Positions 32,106 through 38,248 of a stretch of 38,248 nt of DNA are shown piece after piece. The notes beneath the pieces were generated by a model. That model was not told the origin of the DNA and did not search any database. It worked only from the letters and a program-made list of their open reading frames with translations. The stretch's first letter is position 1. Each line of letters begins with the position of its first letter. Source of the stretch: Candidatus Woesearchaeota archaeon (lineage in GTDB: Archaea; Nanobdellota; Nanobdellia; Woesearchaeales; JASKKU01); the NCBI GenBank assembly GCA_011045925.1, contig DSBS01000049.1:1-38248 (forward strand), written 5' to 3'. The translations under genes and the position numbers were made by a program.

Positions 32106-33320
32106 ATGGAAACAAAATGCGTATTCTGCAAGGGAAGGCTGTACTGTGGGCGAAAGGCCTGCCCCATTACAGTAAAGATGCAGGCAAAGATAAAATCCCA
32201 GAGCCTTCTTAAGAAAGACTTTTTTGGGAAATCGCCAAGCATTTTTGTAGGCAGGTTTGGCTATCCTGATGTTTCTGTCGGGTTTCTTTCAGCTGAAGAC
32301 TACAACAAGCACGACGAGCCGATTGAATGGAGCAGGGAAAATGCCCCAATCAGCAAGGTCATCCAGCTCAGGTCTGAGCTTGTTAATTCAAGGCTCAGAA
32401 TGAACATCAAAGAAAGCATTAAGAGAACAAAGATAAATGAAGCCAGGGAAGAGGTTGCTCTTGCAAGAAAGCCAGTTGATGTTGAGATTAGCCTTAAGAA
32501 AATTCCAAATTTCAGCATGAGCTTTAATGATACAATCACCCCCTTCGGCCCAAGTGCCAGGCTTGAAAAGATAGATATTGCCCAGAACCCAAAAATACCA
32601 TACAAAGTTGAAAAGGCCATTGCTGATGAAACAAAAGCCAGCGATGCAATAGCTTCTCTAAGAAAAAAGTATGATGTATATTACCTCACAAAGGTTCTTT
32701 CATCTGGAAGCCTGGGCAGGGTTGCCTCCAGAAAGCTTGTGCCAACCCGGTGGGCGATAACTGCAACTGATGACATATATGGAAAAGATATTGCAAAAAA
32801 CCTTGTCAAGTATAGGCATATTGAAGAAAACAATTGCTTTTTTGGCATGGATTATGGAAATTTCTTTATGGTTCTTATGCTGCCGGGCCAGGTTTCATAT
32901 GAACTTTTTGAGGTTCCTGTGCCACAAGCAAAGAAAAGCCTTTTATTCGGCACAAATTACGAGAGTATTTTCGGGAGAAAGGAGTATGCTACAGAAACTG
33001 CCGGCGGTTATTACGCCTCCCGCCTTTCTGTATTTGAAAAGCTGGAAGAAATGAAAAGGCAGGCAAGCGTAATTGTGGTAAGGCTTATTACAAAGGATTA
33101 CTGGGCTCCGCTGGGTGTCTGGGTGGTCAGGGAAACTGTCAAAAAGGTTTTTGAGAGCAAGCCAGTAAAATTCTCTGAACAAACTCTAATGGCCTTGTTC
33201 GCAGTCAAATACGCAAAAAAACACTTTTCAACAGACATTTCCCAGGTTTTTGACAATAGCAGAATACTCAGAGAGGCAAAGAGCCAGAAAAAACTGACTG
33301 AGCTTTTTTCTCCTGCGTAG
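32106..33320 (+). CDS. nreA: NreA-family archaeal DNA repair protein (DUF650/DUF651) with C-terminal PIP-like motif
   Basis: N-terminal CVFCKGRLYCGRKACP zinc motif and PSIFVGRFGYPDVSVG. The C-terminus ends in QKKLTELFSPA (33285-33308 encodes QKKLTELF). Confidence 0.7.
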   Translation: METKCVFCKGRLYCGRKACPITVKMQAKIKSQSLLKKDFFGKSPSIFVGRFGYPDVSVGFLSAEDYNKHDEPIEWSRENAPISKVIQLRSELVNSRLRMNIKESIKRTKINEAREEVALARKPVDVEISLKKIPNFSMSFNDTITPFGPSARLEKIDIAQNPKIPYKVEKAIADETKASDAIASLRKKYDVYYLTKVLSSGSLGRVASRKLVPTRWAITATDDIYGKDIAKNLVKYRHIEENNCFFGMDYGNFFMVLMLPGQVSYELFEVPVPQAKKSLLFGTNYESIFGRKEYATETAGGYYASRLSVFEKLEEMKRQASVIVVRLITKDYWAPLGVWVVRETVKKVFESKPVKFSEQTLMALFAVKYAKKHFSTDISQVFDNSRILREAKSQKKLTELFSPA

Positions 33321-33385
33321 TTAAGATTTTTTTGCAGGCTCTAAAAAAGAAACATTTAAAAGAAAGAATGCTTATAAGATAAGCT

Positions 33386-34168
33386 ATGCAGCCTGAAGAG
33401 CTTAAGGAATACGAAGAATTCCTGAAAAAAAAAGACGAGATTATTAAAAAGATACAGGATGAGAAAAGGGAGATAAAAGACAAGACATACCAGGTTTTTG
33501 ATGACATTGAAAAGGCCATCAAGGAAAGCAATGTTGAGGAGGCAGTCCAAAGAAGAGATATTGAGAAGAACCAGCATCTGCCAAACATTTTTGCGAGCAT
33601 CATGGCTACGCTTTGGGGGCTGCTTACCTTTGACAAGGAGCGTATGAAAGAATCTTATGTTCTTCCCGGAATAAAAAGAAAAATGCTTCTTTACTCAATT
33701 TTTTCCGTGCTGATTGCACTTGCACTGCTATTTAATTACTTTTTTGCAGGCAAGGACATAAGCCTTTTAGTCATAGCGGGCTTCTTAATTATTCTTGGGC
33801 CTTTTGCAATGCTGGCACTAATCACCATGCTTGCTTACCTTATTCAGGCCTTCTTCTTCTTTTTCTCAGGCTTAAAGAAAAGCAGAGAGCTGGAGAACGT
33901 GCTTAGCTACCTCCCTCCTGTGCTTGGCCTTATAATCCTGTTGAACAGCATAATCCGGGTGCCTGCTGTATTTTATGTTTTGATGCTGGCTTTTGCAATA
34001 TGGGGAGTGGTGGTTCTTGTTAAGGCTTCATCAATGATATTTAACATAAAAGCCTGGGAAAGCGCAGTCTCTGTTTTTGCATTCTTCATCTTCATTATTG
34101 CTGTTTGGTTTGCCTTTCACATCTTAATGGCGCAATTAGAATGGAAACACTTATTCAGCTTGGGATAG
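33386..34168 (+). CDS. Membrane protein: N-terminal charged coiled-coil plus about 5-TM Yip1-like domain (hypothetical)
   Basis: 260 aa. Residues 1-65 are K/E-rich and helical; the remainder has about 5 hydrophobic segments. Confidence 0.6.
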   Translation: MQPEELKEYEEFLKKKDEIIKKIQDEKREIKDKTYQVFDDIEKAIKESNVEEAVQRRDIEKNQHLPNIFASIMATLWGLLTFDKERMKESYVLPGIKRKMLLYSIFSVLIALALLFNYFFAGKDISLLVIAGFLIILGPFAMLALITMLAYLIQAFFFFFSGLKKSRELENVLSYLPPVLGLIILLNSIIRVPAVFYVLMLAFAIWGVVVLVKASSMIFNIKAWESAVSVFAFFIFIIAVWFAFHILMAQLEWKHLFSLG

Positions 34169-34737
34169 TTATAGGGATTATCGCGTTGGCTTTCTTCCTT
34201 ATTGAGAAAGTTGCTAAGATATTCCTGAAGGTTTTAATAATTGTAGTTGCCCTTTTTTTTATAATCTCAGCGGTTACGCTTTTCAGCACCTATAATCAGC
34301 TAAAGGAAGCTGATACTGAACTGCCGGTTTATGTTGGGTTGCAGGAAAGCGATGAGGCCGTTGCATTGTTTTTTAATGAAGGTGAAGATTTTGAGACTTT
34401 TGGAGAGGAAGATGCTAGGAAATTCATTGAGAGCCCGGAAGAATTCGGGAACAAAAAAGACCGAAAGGTTATTATTTCAGGAAAAGCCCTTTACTTGTTT
34501 AATAAAAGCAAGGAAACCTTGGTTGATGAAATTACCCAGGAGCCTTCATTTGAAGAGAGAAGCATTATGCTTAAGCAGGCTTACTCAAGCTTTATTGAAG
34601 AAACCAGCTTCATAAAAATGAGCTACCTTTACTTTAGCAGGAACCTGAAGATAATCCCAGAGAGAAGGCTTCTTAGAGCCTGGCTTATTGAAAAGCCAAT
34701 GTCCTGGGTTTCCGCAAAGATTTCCGGAGTGAAATAA
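34141..34737 (+). CDS. Two-TM anchored protein with ~140-aa soluble domain (hypothetical)
   Basis: Start set at METLIQLG (ATG 34141), overlapping the upstream gene by 28 nt. The stop TAA shares one nt with the next ATG (TAATG). Confidence 0.55.
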   Translation: METLIQLGIVIGIIALAFFLIEKVAKIFLKVLIIVVALFFIISAVTLFSTYNQLKEADTELPVYVGLQESDEAVALFFNEGEDFETFGEEDARKFIESPEEFGNKKDRKVIISGKALYLFNKSKETLVDEITQEPSFEERSIMLKQAYSSFIEETSFIKMSYLYFSRNLKIIPERRLLRAWLIEKPMSWVSAKISGVK

Positions 34738-35150
34738 TGGCTTTTTTTAAGAGATTGTTCAGAAAAAGGAACCCGTATGCTGACCTGGACTTGGATGACT
34801 TTAAGAGCAGCCTTGATGCAGACTTGCCCGGCACCAGCAAAAGCGTGGATAGCAAAAGCCCTTATGATTCCTCGGGCAGCAGCACGCAAACCCCTGAATT
34901 AGGGAATTTTTATTCAAGGGATTATACTAATCCAGAGAGCCAAATAGGAAGCCAGCAGGGTTTCAGCAGCGGACAGCACCAGGGATACGGTTACTATAGC
35001 CAGGCTCAGCCGCAGCAAAACTCACAACAAAGCATCCAAAAGGAATTCGAGATAATAAACTCAAAACTAGAAATGCTAAAGGTTCTTTTGGAAAGCATAA
35101 ACCAAAGGCTTTACATGCTTGAGAAGCAGAATGAAAAAAGAAGATTCTAA
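34737..35150 (+). CDS. Q/S/G/Y-rich disordered protein with N-terminal amphipathic helix and C-terminal coiled coil (hypothetical)
   Basis: 137 aa. MAFFKRLFRKR start; low-complexity core (SQQGFSSGQHQGYGYYSQAQPQQNSQQ); heptad-like EFEIINSKLEMLKVLLESINQRLYMLEKQ. Confidence 0.55.
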   Translation: MAFFKRLFRKRNPYADLDLDDFKSSLDADLPGTSKSVDSKSPYDSSGSSTQTPELGNFYSRDYTNPESQIGSQQGFSSGQHQGYGYYSQAQPQQNSQQSIQKEFEIINSKLEMLKVLLESINQRLYMLEKQNEKRRF

Positions 35151-35631
35151 GAAAACATGCTTCTTTGCTGTTGCAGCCCTGGTTGTGGCAGCTGACCAGG
35201 TTTCAAAGCTTCTTTTCCTTTCTTTTCCGCTTGAATATGAGGTTAAGGCTGCTGGAATCAGGCTTTTGGGGTTTCAGCTCCTTAGAAATACCGGTGCTGC
35301 TTTTGGCATGCTTAAAGGAAATGCCTTTATCCTTGCGGTTGTTTCTGCAGTTTTTATAGCAATAGTCCTAGCTAAGCTAAAGGAAGTTAAAAAAGCCGGG
35401 CTGAGCCTTCCAATGGCATTGATTTGCGGCGGTGCTGCAGGCAATCTTGTTGACAGGATTTTCAGAGGTTATGTTATTGATTTTGTCAGCATAATTAACA
35501 TTCCGTACTTTAACCTGGCTGACGCATCTATCTCTATTGGAATGCTTCTTGCAATTATGCTTCTTTTAAAAAAAGAACACAAAAAAACCAAGAAAAAAGG
35601 TATTAACTTAAAAGAAAACAAAAATATTTAA
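35119..35631 (+). CDS. lspA: Lipoprotein signal peptidase (signal peptidase II)
   Basis: LRNTGAAFGML, GGAAGNLVDRIFRGYVIDF and PYFNLADASISIG, with both catalytic Asp contexts present. Overlaps the upstream gene by about 20-32 nt depending on the start (35119 or 35131). Confidence 0.85.
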   Translation: MRSRMKKEDSKKTCFFAVAALVVAADQVSKLLFLSFPLEYEVKAAGIRLLGFQLLRNTGAAFGMLKGNAFILAVVSAVFIAIVLAKLKEVKKAGLSLPMALICGGAAGNLVDRIFRGYVIDFVSIINIPYFNLADASISIGMLLAIMLLLKKEHKKTKKKGINLKENKNI

Positions 35632-35659
35632 ATATCTGGCTCCTTAATTATCCCTGAAG

Positions 35660-36154
35660 ATGGCATCAAAAAAGAGGCAGGCTTCTCAAAAAAGAAGCCC
35701 TAAAAAGGCTGCTCCTAAAAAAAAAGCCACTGCAAAGGCAAGCTCAAAGGCAAAAAAGAGTGTTAATAAAACCGGACCAAAACAGAAAAAAACAACCCCA
35801 GGGGTTGCCAGGGCTGCAACAACCCAGGTAAAACCTGCTGAGAAAAGAAAAGAGCTTAACCTAATAAACCTCATTCAGATGTTTCTCGAGATAATTATTG
35901 CTTCCGGCTTTTTTATTGCGCTTATTGGGCAGAGCTACAAGTATATTGCGTGGAGCTGGGTTCTTCCGCTTTCGATTGTCTGCTTAATACTGGCGTGGAT
36001 TGAGAAGAACAATTCCTTCTGGCTTACTGCTGTATGCATTCCTGTTGTTATTATTGCCTGGTTCGGCACAGCAATAGGAACTCTCAGCACAATTGCCGGC
36101 CTGCTCATCTCAGTTATGGCCGCTGTCAGCCTGATAAGCAACCTTTACGATTGA
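35660..36154 (+). CDS. Membrane protein with ~65-aa Lys/Ala-rich N-terminal tail (hypothetical)
   Basis: MASKKRQASQKRSPKKAAPKKKATAKASSKAKK..., then 3-4 TM segments. TATA-like ATATTTAAATATC lies about 32 nt upstream. Confidence 0.6.
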   Translation: MASKKRQASQKRSPKKAAPKKKATAKASSKAKKSVNKTGPKQKKTTPGVARAATTQVKPAEKRKELNLINLIQMFLEIIIASGFFIALIGQSYKYIAWSWVLPLSIVCLILAWIEKNNSFWLTAVCIPVVIIAWFGTAIGTLSTIAGLLISVMAAVSLISNLYD

Positions 36155-36212
36155 TTTCTTTTTTTTGCTTGGTTTCAGAAAACTTAAAAGCATAATAGCA
36201 ACTACTCCTTCT

Positions 36213-37928
36213 ATGAATAAAGAATACTTTAGCGAGCTTGCAGAAAGAATACTTTCAGGAGAAGAACTATCAGAGAAGAAACTCAACAACCTCAAGATTG
36301 AGCTTGCAAGAAAGCATTCTGTAAAAAAGCTTCCAACAAACATTGAGATTTTGATGAATGCCGATGACAGCATGTATGATGTTCTCAGGAAACGCATAAT
36401 TACCAAGCCCACAAGGTCGCTTTCAGGGGTTGCTCCCTGTGCTGTTATGACCAAGCCGGCAAAATGCCCGCATGGAAAATGCATATACTGCCCTGGCGGG
36501 GTTGAAAGCTTTTTTGGGAATGTACCACAGTCATATACTGGAAAAGAGCCAGCTACAATGAGGGCAATAAGAAATAATTTTGACCCTTATTTTCAGGTTT
36601 TTAATAGGCTTGAGCAGTACGCAGTAATGGGGCACGAATTCCAGAAAATCGAGCTGATTGTTATGGGAGGGACTTTCCCAGCCTTAAGCTGGCAATACCA
36701 AAAAAGGTTTGTCGCATACTGCCTCAAGGCATTAAACGACTTTTCCAGGCTTTTTATGAGAAAGGGAAAACTCGATATTGCCAGGTTCAGGGGCTTTTTT
36801 GAGCTTCCTGGGGATGTTGGAGACAAAGACAGGGTAAAGAAGATTCATGCCAGGCTCAGAAAGATAAAGGGCAGTGCCTTGCTTGAGAAAGAGCAGGAAT
36901 ACAACGATAAAAAAAGCTATGTCAATTGTGTTGGGCTAACAATTGAAACAAGACCGGACTTTGGGTTTAAGGAGCACGGCTTAAGAATGCTAAGCCTGGG
37001 TGCAACAAGGGTTGAGCTGGGCGTTCAGAGCATAAGCGATAAGACATTGATGCTAGTTGAAAGAGGCCATTCTGTAAATGACACTATCAGGTCAACTAAG
37101 GAACTTAAAAACCTCGGGTTTAAAATAAACTACCACTTTATGCTTGGGCTTCCAGGAAGCAGTGAAAAACATGACAAAGAGCAGCTGCTCAGGCTTTTCT
37201 CTGAGCCTGAGTTTAAGCCGGACATGCTTAAGATTTACCCGACACTAGTAACAAAGGGAACTAAGCTTTATGAAATGTGGAAGCAAGGGCAGTACAGAGC
37301 AATAACCAACGAGTCAGCTTCAAGAATACTTAATGAGGCTCTGCCTAAGCTGCCACGCTATGTAAGAGTGATGAGAATCCAGAGAGACATTCCCGGAAAT
37401 GTAATTGAAGCAGGTGTAACAATTACAAACATTAGGCAGGTTCTTACAGACGGGGGCATTGGCAAAAGAAGTAGGGAGATACGCTCAAGAGAAGCTGGCA
37501 GGATTCAAAAAAGCAGTGAAGAGCCTCAGCAAAGTGAAAAGAAAGAAATGTATTGCCAGGAATATTCTGCTTCGGGCGGAAAGGAATATTTCATAAGCAT
37601 GGAAAGCCAAAACAGAAGCATTATTTTTGGGTTTTGCAGGCTTAGGATTCAAGAAGAAAAAAGTTTAGGAACTGCTGAAAAAAAAACTGCTCTTGTAAGA
37701 GAGCTTCATGTTTACGGAAAAGCTTCAGGAATCGGCAAAAAAGAGATTATTCAGCATCAGGGAATCGGAAAAGCACTTTTAGGCGAAGCAGAAAAGGTTT
37801 CCAAAATTAAAGGTGCATCAGGAATCAAGGTAATCTCAGGCATCGGGGCCCGGGAGTATTACAGAAGGCTTGGCTACAGGAAAAGCGGCAGCTATATGGC
37901 TAAGAGATTCTGCCCTGCAAAACCTTAA
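36213..37928 (+). CDS. elp3: Elp3-type tRNA uridine(34) acetyltransferase (radical SAM + GNAT)
   Basis: Radical-SAM cluster CPHGKCIYCPGG. The C-terminal GNAT (RELHVYG...HQGIGKALL) matches the Elp3 layout. ATG 36213 has the TATA ACTTAAAAGCAT about 26 nt upstream; TTG 36165 is the longer alternative. Confidence 0.9.
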   Translation: MNKEYFSELAERILSGEELSEKKLNNLKIELARKHSVKKLPTNIEILMNADDSMYDVLRKRIITKPTRSLSGVAPCAVMTKPAKCPHGKCIYCPGGVESFFGNVPQSYTGKEPATMRAIRNNFDPYFQVFNRLEQYAVMGHEFQKIELIVMGGTFPALSWQYQKRFVAYCLKALNDFSRLFMRKGKLDIARFRGFFELPGDVGDKDRVKKIHARLRKIKGSALLEKEQEYNDKKSYVNCVGLTIETRPDFGFKEHGLRMLSLGATRVELGVQSISDKTLMLVERGHSVNDTIRSTKELKNLGFKINYHFMLGLPGSSEKHDKEQLLRLFSEPEFKPDMLKIYPTLVTKGTKLYEMWKQGQYRAITNESASRILNEALPKLPRYVRVMRIQRDIPGNVIEAGVTITNIRQVLTDGGIGKRSREIRSREAGRIQKSSEEPQQSEKKEMYCQEYSASGGKEYFISMESQNRSIIFGFCRLRIQEEKSLGTAEKKTALVRELHVYGKASGIGKKEIIQHQGIGKALLGEAEKVSKIKGASGIKVISGIGAREYYRRLGYRKSGSYMAKRFCPAKP

Positions 37929-38023
37929 CTACTTTTGCTTTTGGGCCTGGAGAAACAATATAGCTTACATTCTTCAGCTGGGTGCTTTTGCATGAAGAGC
38001 AGACCATAACCTTGTAAAACCTT

Positions 38024-38116
38024 TCAGAACAAGAGCAAAAGCTTGCCTGGCTTATCTGCGAGCCGCACCTTATTGCAAATTGATTCTGGCATTTCTCTCA
38101 GTAACTGCTCAAGCAT
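38024..38116 (-). CDS. Candidate leaderless 30-aa ORF (very tentative; see finding on adjacent Cys-rich frame)
   Basis: Minus-strand TATA TTTTAAATAG (38136-38147) is centred about 26 nt upstream of ATG 38116. Product MLEQLLREMPESICNKVRLADKPGKLLLLF, stop TGA at 38024-38026. Confidence 0.2.
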   Translation of the reverse strand: MLEQLLREMPESICNKVRLADKPGKLLLLF

Positions 38117-38208
38117 GCCTGCGTTTTCAGGCAGTTCTATTTAAAACTTACTGAGTAAAAGCCTGTAAAAAGAGAACTTTTATAAAGACACTGCCAGTAA
38201 AATAAGGC

Positions 38209-38248
38209 ATGGACAGCTTTGGATTTGGGCAGAAAGGCCCGGCTCAAA
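38209..38248 (+). CDS. 5' end of an unidentified gene, truncated by the window end
   Basis: ATG 38209 (MDSFGFGQKGPAQ...) has the TATA CTTTTATAAAG (38177-38187) about 26 nt upstream. Only 13 codons are visible. Confidence 0.3.
   Translation, partial: MDSFGFGQKGPAQ

Noticed and set aside
38024-38026. TGA read-through or recoding to extend the 30-aa ORF in frame
   Set aside because: TGA is used as a genuine stop by clearly delimited genes here (tpiA, polB, Pop5, prefoldin). The in-frame continuation has no recognisable features, so a frameshift or indel explanation is more economical.

Overview
Compact archaeal chromosome segment with the standard genetic code (TGA, TAA and TAG all terminate recognisable genes). 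Intergenic DNA is scarce and many neighbouring genes overlap by 1-32 nt.

Most of the window is information-processing core:
- archaeal-type triosephosphate isomerase, family-B DNA polymerase and endonuclease IV
- the aIF6 / prefoldin-alpha / FtsY block
- a variant of the archaeal exosome superoperon: Pop5, PsmA, SBDS, Rrp4, Rrp41, Rrp42, RpoK
- an eIF-2B-family protein, TFE-alpha, a MEMO-like protein and a Nip7-like protein
- aIF5B, a short NFACT/RqcH-like protein and Fap7
- TsaC, GINS51, ParA, NreA and Elp3

RNA genes I can support are tRNA-Cys(GCA), tRNA-Ser(GCU) and a ~280-nt RNase P RNA (27181-27460, minus strand). The ORF track covers the RNase P RNA with two spurious ORFs.

Expression signals recur. 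An A/T-rich TATA box sits about 26 nt upstream of the first ATG (leaderless) or of the RNA 5' end. GGAGG/GAGGT Shine-Dalgarno motifs precede internal genes.

Accessory or unusual content:
- an encapsulated-ferritin-type gene with no shell gene nearby
- a HEPN / wHTH-nucleotidyltransferase toxin-antitoxin pair with an operator-like palindrome
- two tandem ABC ATPase + large-ectodomain ABC-2 permease pairs, translationally coupled to Fap7
- a TFE carrying a 91-residue Lys/Pro-rich tail, one of many Lys-rich tails in the window
- a four-gene overlapping membrane operon (33386-35631) that ends in a bacterial-type signal peptidase II and includes a Q/S/G/Y-rich disordered protein

That membrane operon is my best candidate for an undescribed envelope-associated module, but this rests on inference only. 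The compaction, small RNase P RNA and truncated proteins suggest a small-genome (DPANN-like) archaeon, also by inference. No CRISPR array, integrase, transposase or rRNA was seen.
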